64,000 bases of DNA from Camelus dromedarius. Its lineage: Eukaryota. Shown in pieces: positions 38,854 through 52,314 of the stretch. The position numbers were made by a program, and so were the translations under genes. The stretch's first letter is position 1. Each line of letters starts with the position of its first letter. Location of the stretch: contig NC_087436.1 of assembly GCF_036321535.1 (NCBI RefSeq), positions 102,736,001 through 102,800,000 of the forward strand. Direction: 5' to 3'. Below the pieces are notes generated by a model. It did no database searches, was not told the origin of the DNA, and saw only the letters and a program-made list of their open reading frames with translations.

Positions 38854-41747
38854 CTACTCTACATAAAGCAGCATCTGTCCTCCCATTATCAGTCTCCACC
38901 CTTATACCATGTTTTACTCTTCTACATAACAGACTGACATGTTCAATACGTATTTTTATTTATTTGCTACCTGCTTTGTCCCAATAAAATGTGACCTCCT
39001 TGAACTGTTTTATTCACTGCTTAGGACAGTAACTAGCACACCATAAGTACTAGACAATTATTTGTTGAATGAATGAGTGAATGAATATTTCTGGCACTGA
39101 GAAGATTTTAGTAAATAATATACTTTATTATAATAATCATCTTCAACTAAAGGAAATCATGAGTTTCTATTTTAAAGATATGTCAAACAGAATATCATTT
39201 TTTTAAGCTTTTTTTAAAATGAAGTGATTTTCAAACTGGCTTTTTAACTAGACATTATCTTTACGATACATACTAATTTACATGTTTAACATTCTCTATA
39301 GTGACGATGATAACAATCTGTGGCAAATATATGAGACACCAGATTCCTCAAAACTAATATTCTTTCTCTGTGTTGTTATCTGAGATTAAATTTATAGTCA
39401 GCATTTCACAAGAGGGCAAATTAATAATCAGTTTCTCTTTGCATTTCTTTGTATTTATCAGACATAAAACTTAAGTGGAATTCTCATGGTTATCTTATCA
39501 ACAATAGCTACTGAAAGTAATCTTTAAAAATTATACTTAAGGTAAGCATATCCCAATACAGGTGTTTTTCCTTAAAATTCAATGGGACTCTACCACCTCA
39601 GTCCTAAGTATGCTCTCTCTATCTGCCTTAGTTCCTTACAATCTCTTTGGAAGATCTCAAATAAAATTTTGTAACTTGATTTATTTGAAAATTACTGAAT
39701 ATAGGATAAGTCTTTAACTTCAGTAATGTCACAAAATAGCATTTTATCTCTTTTGCAGTCTATAGATTGTATAATTTGAGTTGAGGAGCAGACAAAACTT
39801 AAGATTTCCTTCTTTCCCTCTTTCTTTTGTTTCCTTTTTTCTTTCTCCTTCTCTCTATGAATGCATCTTTAATTCATATGTTCTACATGGATCAGAGTTC
39901 CAATTCAAATACAAATAACAAAGACAAGAGTGCACCTCCTTGGAATAATGTACATCTGTGGATGGATCAGATCTTGTTTCAGAAACAAGAACTACCTTGA
40001 GAATGTGCCCATAGCCATCTAATTAAAGCACTTCTAAATGAAGTAGAAATAACATCAGAAATTCATTTGGGCAGGTAAAATGCATTTGTCAATCTAGTAA
40101 AACACCAATTTTCTACCTCAGATCAGATGTAAGCTTACTTTCAAACATTATTTTATCAAATGTAATTTTATGATCTAGGCACAATACCTTAGAATCATAG
40201 GCTATTTAAAGTTCAAGATCCTATAAATAGTTCTTTCAAAGCACTAATTATATAAATGAGAAAAATGGTCTATGTTCTTAGAATTGTTTAAACACATTAC
40301 TTACGATAGGTTCTTGTTTTCTTGGGTTCTAAGCTTGCAGCCTTTCTAGAGGTCATACCCCTTTTTTGTGATCCTCCTCAGTGGTCTTATAGCACCCTGC
40401 TTTTGTGTCATATTTAACTTGTCAATTTTTATGAACTTCCATAGGACAGGGACTGCTTTGTTCATTCCTTTATTCTAGGAATGATACTTATTTTGATACA
40501 AATTAGTGCTCGATGATGTTGACTAAATAATTAAAGAAATAAAAGAATAATGATAACTAAGTTCTTGCTTTACAGTTACAAATGCTTTGTCTATATGTAG
40601 ACATTCTTTCATTTGATAAAGATGAAGATACCCTTTCTTGAGGAAGGTTTCTAAGTGAGGAAGTTCCATGACAACTTAATAGTCTCAAAGTAATTTTAGT
40701 GACAACAGTGATATTTGAGAATATATACAAAACTAAACTGTATATATTTTATATTTATATATATATATTTATATATTGTATATGTTATTATATATTTATT
40801 CACATTTTAAATTATTTACATATAGTTGTATGTATATCATATTCAACATTCACACATTTAATTTTAGTAATTCCTCTCCATGCAACACTGTTCTCCACAA
40901 ACTTATTTTTTCTATATATAAAGATATGTTAAAGGATACTAAATTATTCCTTCTACAAATAAAAAAAATACATTCCTGATTAATGCAAATATGTGCAAAC
41001 TATTTTAGCATTTTAAGTTCATGAGTACCTCTAGAAACTTCCTGACTTTGCAGTCCCCAGTGCAACACCCAGAGAAGATCTCCTTTCATCATTTTGACAA
41101 TAGGACTGATTTTGTAAATCCTCCTTGAATGTATTTCACAGGTCAGCACTCTCACTCCAATACAGATCTACATCTTAGATTAGATCATAATTTGTTTTCT
41201 GCTTCACCTTCACCCTGACATGCTATTTCATATAATGAAGCAGTAAATCAATAGAATCCTTGTGGGTGGAACTCTGTAAAGAAAACCACGTGCGTTCTGC
41301 TTAATTATAAGCTCATTAACATAAGAACATGACATTTCCAAAGCACTGATTTATTCTTACAAGTCAAATTCCACTGAAAGCTAAGTGTGAGGCTCATGGT
41401 CCTGTAGACAATCTTGGTTAACTAAAACCATACACAAGCAAAGTCATCTGTGATCTGGTTGGATCTAATGAGCCTACTGCTTTTGTCCTCCAAATGAATA
41501 GGTACAGAGGGTCACAGATAACTTATCTGTTCAATTATAGCTGAAATTTCCACCTACTTCAGAAGTCTCTAAAAAGGAAAAGAAAGTATATTATCAAAGA
41601 AACTTTTTTCCTCATATGATTTGAGTGTTTTGATTACAATTTCAAGGGAGAAACACTACACTATGTGTTACAAAAGAAATTTTGGATATGTTTAGAGTTG
41701 ATTGTTTAAGGGTCCTAATAGTCACAAAAATGGATAATTCATGGTTT

Positions 41748-42306
41748 TGTTAGGCAGTTAGATAGAAATAAGCACCGGGCAAGGGGAGAGAAAGGGGAGG
41801 GAGCAATCCAGAAGATAACCTTACACCTGTGCTCAGAATAAGGGGCTTCAAAGGGTTTTACTTTCTCTAAATGAGTGCCAATAGAGAAGCTAGTTAGAAT
41901 TGAATGCTGCAGCTGTGCAGTAGAGAGAAGGACCTGGCTTAACATGACCCAATACTCATTATAATATAATTAGCCTTGTGGTTTGGGCCCCTTCCCAGTA
42001 GGTTTTTTCTGTGTGCATCATGGGTAAAAACATGCACAAAAGAGCTGGGCTACCTGAGCACTCAATGGATGTGAGCTGTCATTCAGTCATGAGATGCCCC
42101 TACGCCAGGATATAAGACAGGAGAAACAAGTGAGCACCACCATTTTTCTCTCTGGGGTTGGCCCGCCTTCAGTTCTTGAAGGTGTATTATACTGAATTTT
42201 GTTCTATTAACAAACTTTCTGTTTATATCACACTTTCAGTCTCCCATTCAAATTCTTTTTCCTGGCTACGACAAACTGAGGGCTTTTTACCTTCCTTGTG
42301 TTAACA
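41748..42306 (+). mobile_element. ERV1 solo LTR, family B copy 2
   Basis: TGTTAG...TTAACA termini, gatataag TATA-like motif, perfect 4-bp TSD gttt (41744-41747; 42307-42310). The 24 nt at 42004-42027 are identical to the reverse complement of 26267-26290. Confidence 0.9.
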
Positions 42307-44634
42307 GTTTAACTATGGATTTGGAACACATTCTAATTTGCTAATACTCATTATTGTTCTCACTGGTCTCTTATTAATAAGTTAGTATTTTATGTTTTGG
42401 TGAAGAGAATCATAGCACAGTGAGGCTTGCTGATTAGACCAAGGTCAAATAGGTAGAAAATGAGAGAAGAATGTGCTGCTCTCATCATCTCTGAGAAAGA
42501 CATCACCCCAATGAGTCCAAATATTTGGACACATGGGGCATCTTTGCTCAGAACATATTACTCGCCATGCCTGTGACTGTCCTTATTCAATCACAACAAA
42601 AGACTCTTCAAAGGGCTCACTCTCCTGGAGCCCTCAATTGGATTTCAGTGGTCACATTGCACTAGTAACTTTACCTACCATTGCATATTACCGTTTGAAG
42701 GATAAGCATTCTCAAATGTAAGCAAAAATGCAGCTTATTTAAAAGCAAGCTCCATGTATCAGTAAACATTTTGAAAATGCAAAAATAAAACAAAATAAAA
42801 GAAATAGACCCATGAATCCTGTTGTTCTCTTTCCTGATCCATTTTTCTTAACTGATCTGCTCCATGGTTTGGACATGAAGACTTTTTAAAAATATCTCTA
42901 ATATGTTTTTATTTCTTTCACAGATAACTCTCTGGGTTTCAGTACCTAATAGATAATGAAAACGTGAAATATTACTGTCTGGGTAATTGATTTACTTTGA
43001 AATTGATGTATTTGAGAAATAATGAAATATTGTTAACTTTTAACCTTCCCCATTACATTAAAAGGTTAAAGTGTTAAAAGGAGCATTGGGTTAAGCAGCT
43101 GGGCTGAAATGCTTATTTCACATCATCGTCAAAGTGTGATGTCTTCTTATAGCAGTTGGGGGAAAATCTGTCGTGTTAGCTATTACTCTCCCATATAACT
43201 GGCCTTCTGCTCACTAAGTCTGTCGCATTCTTGGGAAACAATGAGAAGAAGCATCACCAAGGAAATAGAAAGTGTTCTTTGGTCACTGATGTAATTGGAT
43301 TGGGTATATTTATGATCTAGTAGATCAGGGTCAGAGACTTGAATTGAATTTGAAATTGCATTGTAATTCTTCCCAACCGAAAAAAGAAAATTGGAAGAAA
43401 TGATCTCTGGAATTATATATTTAAAATTTGAGCCACTGAAGCCTATAAAAGCTTTTGCCTTTGGAAATATACCTCCCCCCAGGGTCAATATTCTAAATAA
43501 AGAAATTTACATTTACTTCTCCCTACAAGTAGTTGACAACTGTGAGTCAAAATGGAACATGTTTAAGAAAGCTGACTTCTCTGTACCGTCTTTATATCAG
43601 AAGAAAAGAGACAAGGCATTGGGTGAGAAATGATTACTTTTGAGTTGTTATATCAACTGATATAGCTCACATTTTTCTGATTGTTACAAAGTGTTTGGAA
43701 ATATGTAAATATAATACACATAAATATACATCAAATATAACCAAATGTATATTTAAATTAACTTTCAAACAGAAACATACATTAAGTGATAATTTTTTAA
43801 TCCTTCTTAAAATAGTATTTCCTAGAGAGAGGAGTAAGACAGCTGTAGCTAACAGAAGGGAACTTTAACCAAAGCGTAGCACATTTAGATGTATGCAGAT
43901 ACAAAGCCAAAATAAATGTAGACATCAACAATTTGAGATGTGACATTTTTGAAACACTGATGTATAAATTAAGACATATAAAATAACTTTTATAATGCTT
44001 TCACCCTTTGGCTTTAGCAACTGTTCATTCTACCAAAATTCTATGATATAGAGGACAATAACTTCATTATTTCTGTATAGTTACAACATAGTCATTAGTT
44101 CAAAAACTATAGTTTTCAAAATACAATGTCTTAAAGGGTCACTTGAATGATATATTATACTTTCTGTATCAAGACACTGCTTTATGGGGGGAAACAAGTG
44201 TTCTTCTATAATGAGGTGGAACGAAGAGGCATTCTAAAAGTGGTTTATGGAAGAAAAACTTGGAAATTCATAGTTTAATGGCGAACATGTTTTCACTCAA
44301 GAAGCAATACGTAAAACCAATACTGTGTTTTAATTTAAGGGGCAGAGTTACACTCTGAAGTTTCAGATAGGGTTTTGACGTTTAAATAGAATGAGCAGTT
44401 TGATATGGGTATCATTTAGTATTTTCCTTTCTTGGATGAAAGTCCTTAAGATCTTCTGGTTATGATATTTGCATCACTCCTAATGGACTTCAAAGCATTT
44501 TACGTGTAAAACTTTTTTTGCTAACTACTCTTTATCTTTGTTTCTTCATCCTTTGACTCAAGTATTTAGTCACTACACTTAACAAGAAATCTTGTCAATA
44601 TTAATTGGAAACATTATAGCAATATTTTACCTTT

Positions 44635-44999
44635 TACTATGGTTGGAATGTGTCCCCTCAAAATTAGTTTGTTGCAACCCAACCCCCAAAGGTGACCGTA
44701 TTAGGAGCTGGGGCCTTTGAGAGGTAATTAAGTCATGAGGGTGGAATTTTCATGAATGGGATTAGTGTTTTTTTCAAAGAGTCCCCACAGAGCATCCCCA
44801 CCACTTCCACCTGACGAGGACACAGAAGAATTAGGCAGTCTGCTGCTCAGGAGAGGACCCTCACCAGGGTGTAAGTATGCTGGCGCCACCGTGATCTTGG
44901 ACTTCCAGGCTCAAGTATGGGGAAACAAATTTCTGTTGTTTATAAGCCACCCAGTCTGTATTTTAGTATGGTATATAGCAGCCTAAACAGGCCAAGACA
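44635..44999 (+). mobile_element. MLT1A-like MaLR LTR
   Basis: tactatggttggaatgtgtcccctcaaa...ggggcctttgagaggtaattaagtcatgagggtgga...aaatttctgttgtttataagccacccagtct...gccaagaca. Confidence 0.88.
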
Positions 45000-46194
45000 A
45001 CTTCCTAGATGTAAAGAATGCAATAAATATACACATAAAATGCTTAGCACAATTCCGGGCATATATTTAGAATAATATAAAATGTTTGATATGTGTGTGT
45101 GTGCGTGCGCGCATGCGTGTGCAGGGACACATAGAGAGTTAATTCAGAAACAAAATATTTCTGGATAAAAGAATTTGTAAAATGTTTACTTACAGATAGA
45201 TTCCCAGAGACTGTATTTACCCCATGAAACATGGGGAGCTTTTGTTGAATATGTTAATTTTATTCCTTCTCTCACCTTCCATAATTTATACTACATAATT
45301 ATCTGGGTTGAAATACCAACCATCCTGGACAACACACAGGTCTTAGTGGAATTTGTGAACTCACTTAACTCAATTTATGTTTCCCTGGGATCTACAAGAC
45401 TTCCCAGTGGTCATGAAGAGGACATAGGGGAAATCACACAAATCCAGTCTGAATCATTTAGGCAAGAGTTTTTAGAATCATATCTAGCCAAAAAGTGTTC
45501 AATTCTATTTGGGGATCATGTGTTGTTCTGATTTGTCTTTAGTGCTTTAAATATATCTTATCATGCTAGAACTTATCTTCAACCTGTTTTCCAGATAAAT
45601 GATGTTTATTTTCTTTGTTTGGAAAATGCATAGGGCTTCTTGCAGGTATATTTCCAGTAAAATATTCCTCATAGCTTATAGCTCTCAATTCAATGAAGAG
45701 CTCCCTGATAAACAAATATCTATATTAATAACTTTCCTACCAAAATCCCCAGTGACAAACTATGAAGGCGTTCTACGTGAGTCTACTTCTTTTCCATCAT
45801 AAATACTAGTTTTATTCAGATCACAGTTTGTATGCATATTCTAAAAGTCTGAATATTACTTGATAAAAACACAAATTCTTAACTATGGAGACATTCTTAT
45901 ATAAGACTAACAATAGCATACTGATTATGACAAAGGGTCCAGATAACTTTTGCCCTTATTGTTTCTCTGCACCAAGTCCATCAAAATATCTTAGCAGAGT
46001 ACTGTGCATTCAATGGACAATTCCGTAAAAATTAATAAGGATTCTTACTGTCTGTAAGTAGACTTCACAGCATGAATAACAAGTATAAACAATTTACACG
46101 TGGCATTTTAAAGCATAATATCAGATACATGTTTAGGATCAATGTTTTCTCCCTCTGTGGAGTGAACTTGATGTAATATTTAAGAAAATAAACA

Positions 46195-46277
46195 ATATTT
46201 TATATTATATATAATATATTTAATATATTATAATATATATATAATATATATAGTATTATATATAAAATATTATATGT
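46195..46277. repeat. AT-only low-complexity tract
   Basis: About 80 bp of near-pure A/T, (TA)n-like. Confidence 0.9.
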
Positions 46278-48445
46278 ACAGAGGCCTTATGTTTCTTCTG
46301 GCCATTTCTTTCCAATTGAATGGTGTTCTCTGAATCTGAGATCCAATTATCATTTGAAGAAAGATTCTGACTACCAATTTAATATAATTCTTTTTTTAGC
46401 AGTCTGCAGTGATACATGGAGGAAATGGAACTATGTTCTTATTTGGTGCTAAATTATCTACTTCATGTAAAAGCAAATTTTGTAAGTGAAGAAAGGATGT
46501 TCTGTACAATTTTTTTCAAATGACACAGATTGGATGGCCAGTAATTGGCCCAAAGTCCTGATTTGTGGTCAATTACTTACATTTGAGACCACATTTTATA
46601 TATTAAGTTTAGCCTTCCTTTCTTGAATTTTTTGCCCATTTAATAGAGTGCTTCCTATTTATATAATGCCTATCCCTGAGAAATTTAATATAATTTAGAT
46701 TATTCATTAATCCTGATGACTGTGAATTAGATGATGATGCCTTTCCAGTGATGGAAACTGAGGCAGAGATAAATTTAGTAGCTCTCATACAGTCTTACCA
46801 TCTCCCATTTGTGACAATCTGCCTTCTATGAGAATTGTCACCTCAAACACATTCAGCACTGGTAGGTCACCGTATTCAAAAGTTTCCACAGAGACGGTCC
46901 CAAGCTTATATTTTGCTGCTCATTAGCTAAGAGAGAGGCTTCAGTTTTTGCTACTGTGTGTATATCTGGCAAGAAAAACCTCTGTAGTCACTAAAGCAGG
47001 CATAAGGAAAACAGAGAGAGTGCTCCAGAGTCTCACTGACAAAACCAGGGAAAATTTCCTTCCCTCATTATTAATCCGGGAGTGAAGCAGCTACAGTCGG
47101 TCCCCAAGAGAGGTCTAGTTGCTTAATGTCTCCGACAATAACAATATACCAGCAAAAAGGCTGAGGATCTCAGTTTAATAGTGAGGGTCCTTGAAATCTT
47201 GTAAATGGCATTTCAATTTTCCACGTAGTCACTAAAATCAAGGCTTTAAGTCTTGGATGGGAAGCAGCATAAATGACAGCCACAGGCCCTTACAACTGTG
47301 CGTCTCTGAGTCCATTATTTTTCTGTAGACAAATTGAAAAAAATACACACAGAGTCTCAGAGCTTACCTGCTGAATAATCATGCTGAAAGGAGGAAATCG
47401 GGCAGCCACAGTAAAATTTGTCCCTATAGAGAAACTTGCTTTTTAAAGAGAGATAGTGTGAGATGAAGCGCCAAAGGAAATGTTCGCATAAGAGCACACA
47501 TTAGAACAATGTCAAATTTAAAAGGATTAAACAGTAATAATTACACTGATTGTTAAATGGAATGAAAAAAGTAGATGTAAGTATATAGGATGTCTTCCCA
47601 ACACCTGCTTTAAAATTCTATCATTTTGAAAGAGTCATTTCTGAGAATTCCCTTGGTGAATTATAATTTTTCCCTTTTCTATTTGTAGCCTAAATTTATA
47701 CTAAGTTACTAATGCACATTAGACTTCCATCCTTAATTTTAATATTTTTAGAAAACAAGCAGTACTAACATACCTACTGAATGGCTCTAAAATTGTTAAA
47801 ACTCCAAATGTGTCCTATGTATTTAATGAAGCCACAGTTAGTATAATTTAGTAACATAATTTAAAGGAGACAGAAAAATATGTGCTCACACCACATGTTT
47901 ATCATACTCTTCACAGAAGGAGATAGAGAAAACCACCAACAGTCTACTCAAGAGAAAGGAAAGTAAACACTACCATGGTTTACAGTTAGAGATGTTAACA
48001 CAGACCAGCTTTGGCTCCCTGCAGTGAAATGTGAGCGTCTTTGAAAGATGTAAAATAATACAGCAGAAATGATAGACAGAGAATTTCTGCTTGAAACAAT
48101 GCATAGAGGGTATTATCTCGAACACCCCCTGTGAAAACACGTGCTGGCCATTGTTCTCTTTGTAAAAGCAGGGGGAGAAAATCAATATCTATCTACAAAA
48201 TACACTGTTAATAGTTTGGGGCTTTTTTTCTGGTTTGTTTTTCCAAACATGTTTTTGGAACATGATAAATTGAACTTATGTCTATACTAATGCTGTTGAG
48301 ATCTTAACATTGTGGTTCTTTTCAAGTACAAAATGGGTGTGACAAAATATATCAGGGTTTCCCACATAATTACTGCCTCAGAGATACTGAGGGTACTTGG
48401 TAAATTTCAGGTTCCTGACTTTATTCCAGATCCACTGAGTAGGAC

Positions 48446-48956
48446 TACTCAATACCTTTTGCTGCTGTAACAAATTGCCACACACTGAATGAATGCTTTA
48501 AACAACACAAATTTACTATCTCACAGTTCTGGAGGTCAGAGTCCAAAAATAAATCTCACCATGCTAATGTCAAGGTGTCAGCAGGGCTGTTTTTTTTTTT
48601 CCTAGAAGCTCTAAAGATGATCTGTTTTCTTGTCTTCCCCAGCCTCTAAACACTCCCATCATTCCTTGGATCTTGCCCCCTTCTTCCATCCTCAAAGATA
48701 GTAAGGAGGCATCTTCAAATCTCTCTCTGTTTCTGCTTCTATGGTCACATTGCCTTTTTTGTTTCTGACATGCAGCCTCCCTCTTTTAAGGACCCTTGTG
48801 ATTATATTAGGCTCACCTGGATAATCAAGGATTCTCTTCCTGTCTCAAATCCTTAACGGACATCTGCCAAGTCCCTTTTGCTATGTAAGGTAACGTATTC
48901 GTAGGTTTTGGAGAAATAAGACTTCAGCATCTTTAAGGCCATTATTCTGGTCACCA
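48446..48956 (-). mobile_element. MLT1C/D-like MaLR LTR
   Basis: gctgctgtaacaaattgccacacactg...ctcacagttctggaggtcagagtcc...aaggacccttgtgattatattaggctcacctggataatc...cattattctggtcacca. Confidence 0.88.
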
Positions 48957-49074
48957 GGTCAGATTTTGGTAGAACTAAATGATCTCACTTGGCAATTAAA
49001 TTCTATAATTCTATGCATTCATCAAAATTTTTGGTAGTTACAACTATTTACCTATTAATTAATCCATCTAATCA

Positions 49075-49200
49075 TTAATTTATTCATTCATTTATTATTC
49101 AACAAGCATTTGTTTCATACCTGCTGGATGTGAGGCACAGAGCCAGTCCATGGAGACACAAAATGAATTAAAAAAGAAATGCCTACCCTCACCAGAATGT
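49075..49200 (-). mobile_element. L2 3' end
   Basis: attcattcatttattattcaacaagcatttgtttcatacctgctggatgtgaggcacag...ggagacacaaaatgaat. Confidence 0.65.
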
Positions 49201-50336
49201 ATTACTTGATATAGTTTTTAAACTGAATTCATATGTTTACTACCTAATACGTGCAAGGTGTGGTCCATTTACAAATAATTAGACATGCTTATGTGGTAGA
49301 CAGAGCACGTAATGAACAGTTATCTTTGAAATTATAGTTATTATTTCAGAAGTGGATTGTAAGATTGCATAAAGAGACATCCTTGGAAATGTACCAAGAA
49401 TGCTAAGTAAAAAAAAAAAAAAAAAAAAAAAACCAGAAGAAAAGGAAGTCTGTAAGACTACAGCCTAGGGAGATATACTGAGCGATTGACATACTGCTAG
49501 GGTGTCAATAAAGTCAAATCTGCACATTAGAAGAATAATGAGCTCTTTTCTCTCTGTACCCAATGGAGATAAATTCAAGAACATGTATTTTATGCATGTT
49601 CCTCACCTTTCTCGATAAAATAAAAGTGAAAAGTGGTCATTTGGGGGTGGTTTTTACTTTTTCTTCTCTCTTCTAAAAAGAAACATGTTGCGTAACTTCT
49701 ACTGCGCAGAGAATAGCGTAATAGACATTTTGTTATTTGGAATCCTGGCCAAGTGATTCAATTAAAGGATGTTCAATTAAAGGATGTATATTCTGCAATT
49801 ATCATATCAGAACTGACAGAAAAGTTCCTCTCCTTTTGAAATGTCCAAAGTTAGGCAACAATCTGTTAATGCCATGTGATAAGTAAAAGTAAGCAAGTTT
49901 CTGAAAAGAAAGTGGTAGCTCTCATTCTCCATAAGCAGGTTTTTCTGCAGTCCAGCCCCAGGAACCCCTGTTTGTCTCAGGATCACTCTGTTTCTCCAAG
50001 GTTCTGAAGATTCTGTCTTCTCTGATGCTACCACATATTTTTGTCATAGCTACTATTCACTCTTCTCCTGGGATAGTAACAGAGATGCTTTGGGTACCAC
50101 TGCAACCCCACCCCACGTGAGCAATTCTTTTCACTTCTACTGTTTTATCTTCAGCTACTCCCTGCTTTGAAGCTGCCCTCTGGATATTTAAGTATCCTTT
50201 TGAGTTTGCTTAATGCTTTGAACTTTTCCTGAGCTCTTCCATTTCTTCAAATTTATCTGTTTTGTTTTCCACTCTCTTTAAAATTGAATGAAGAAAGCCT
50301 GATGAGATGATTCAAGCTTCTGTTAATATGTATTGC

Positions 50337-50844
50337 TGCAACAGGGAAGAATAATGGTCAATGTGAGATCTGCTCCTTTAGCTCTAACCCTGTGCTCTGT
50401 TTTCTATACTTAGTCATGCTGGTTCTGAACCTTTTGTAAAAGCATGTTGCCTAGAGCCTGAAGTGTACAGAATAGCCCATTCTCAAGGCTCTGACCTTTA
50501 AGGATATAACACGTTTCCATTCACATAGAGATAAAAAGTTGTAGAATACAGAATAACATTTGTCTTGTTGGAAATTTATAAGAACATCATGACCTGACCT
50601 ACTTGGACAGCTGCAAGAACAAAGGATTCCGACACCAAGAAGTTTACAACAATCACCCCCTCCCCCCTTTTAGTATAAAAGAAGCCTGAATTCTGACTTG
50701 GGGAAGATGGTTCTCCAGAACGTTAGTATGCCATTTTCTTGGTCTGCCAGCTTTCTGTATAAAGTCATTATTCCTTGCCCCAACAACTTGTCTCCTGATT
50801 TATTGGCCTGTTGTGTGAATAGAACCAGTTTGGACTTGGTAACA
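50337..50844 (+). mobile_element. MER34/MER39-like ERV1 solo LTR (copy 2)
   Basis: TGCAACAGG...GGTAACA termini, gtataaaag TATA box, tataaagtcattattccttgccccaaca polyA region; 4-bp TSD ttgc/ctgc (50333-50336; 50845-50848). Confidence 0.9.
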
Positions 50845-51659
50845 CTGCTGGCTTTATATGATTTCACTTTCAGAAAACATGTTAATAGGAGCCATCAGTA
50901 CTAACAGCCTGTGCTTCTCAATCACCTGTGGGTTATTATATTCAGGATATGAAAAGCTAAACATGGTGTATCCATCTGAAGCGTGCATTTTCCTTCATTT
51001 TAAGTAAATTACAGCACTGCTTTTGTATTACTGAATAGAATATACAATATGTTGGATTCTTTAAAGCCAAGTCTCTAGCTTAAAATACATTTTGTCCTTG
51101 CAATAGTTTATTTCCTGTTCACACAGCTCTGGAACCCCACAGAAAACATATTTAACTCTCCGGCTATTAAGGACATTTCTGTAGAAAAGTTTGAGAATAA
51201 CTGCCTAAAAAGTCTGGGATTTCGCTTTGTTGGACAATCGTTCAGAAGCCCTCATGATCCTCCTACATCAGCCTTAGGCCTGGAATGGAGAAAGTAGAGG
51301 TTAGTTTTGAGTTCCACATTGTGAGTAAAGTTTTGGTAACTGCTTCTTCAATGAGAGAAACAGTTGAGAAGCAGAGACATCAGAATAGAAAATGACTACA
51401 AACAAATGGGATAATGCAAGGACAATTTGTTTTATACCCTAATCATCAGTCACACTTGTGGCAACCAAACATGAGACAAGTTTTACAGATCCATAGCTCG
51501 AGGGGAATCAGACTATGAGAGTTAGACGGTCATTACAAATTATTCAGAGCCACACTCTCATTTTACAGATGGGAAAATGAGATGTGGAGAAGGTGAGGAG
51601 ATTTTTCTTGGATCTCACATCCCCTTATTAGAAGAAGTAGACACTGTGGTTTTAGTCAA

Positions 51660-52050
51660 GAAAAATGTCTATTACAATTAAAAAAAATGAGTCAGCTTAA
51701 GACAAAATGGAAATTTTAACTCATGTAAGCAAATGATGACATAGTGGAGGGTGAGCAGCACTGAGGGCTGACTGGAAGTTAGCACTTAGTTTTAGTTCGG
51801 GCTGTCTCTTCTCTCTACTTCACATACCAGCTTTGTGTTCTCTTTATGTGTGTGGATGTCTTCTGAACATCAAAAATTATGGCAGTAGGTGTCTTTTTCT
51901 TTTATTCTAACAGCTTTTCACCTTCAAAGAAAATCTCCTATTCTTTTTATTACAGAATTTAAAATCGTAGGGAAGAAGTCTAGTTGGTCTTGAGTCATAT
52001 GACCATCCCTTGGACCATGGAGAGATGAGTTCAGTGAATTTTCCCATTCT
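51660..52050 (-). mobile_element. Old MLT1 (MLT1J/K-like) LTR remnant
   Basis: gcttaagacaaaatggaaattttaactcatgtaa...gggaagaagtctagttggtcttgagtcatatgaccatcccttggacca. Confidence 0.45.
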
Positions 52051-52171
52051 GTGTAGCCAAGAAAGAAACAGTTTTTAAAGGAAAATAAAGAGTAGAGGGT
52101 GTCAGGGAGATAAAACAAAAGTCCCTCTTCTGGGTGCCGGAGCTGGAAGAGTGAAAAAGAGGAACACCTTG

Positions 52172-52314
52172 GTGGGGGAGGGTATAGCTTAGTGGTAGAG
52201 CACATGCTTAGCATGCACAAGGTCCTGGATTCAATCCCCCAGTACCTCCATAAAATGAATAATTAAATAATAAACCCAGTTACCTCCCCACCCCCCAAAA
52301 ATGAACTAAAAAAG
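52172..52314 (+). mobile_element. tRNA-Ala-derived SINE (camelid vic-1-like)
   Basis: ggggagggtatagcttagtggtagagcacatgcttagcatgcacaaggtcctggattcaatcccccagtacctcca plus A-rich tail; 15-bp TSD aagagg(a/g)acaccttg at 52157-52171 and 52315-52329. Confidence 0.93.

Larger units (their letters stand above)
37245..39088 (+). mobile_element. L2 LINE 3' portion, split by three later insertions
   Basis: tttccatctggatagctaattgatatctcaaaacagc...aaaaacttagagtcatc. Resumes after 38270 and after 38853. Ends tatttgttgaatgaatgagtgaatgaat (typical L2 tail). Confidence 0.75.

Noticed and set aside
52175..52250. Nearly complete tRNA-Ala(AGC) cloverleaf
   Set aside because: It has the SINE tail and a 15-bp TSD, stem mismatches and two sister copies in the window. 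It is a SINE head, not a tRNA gene.
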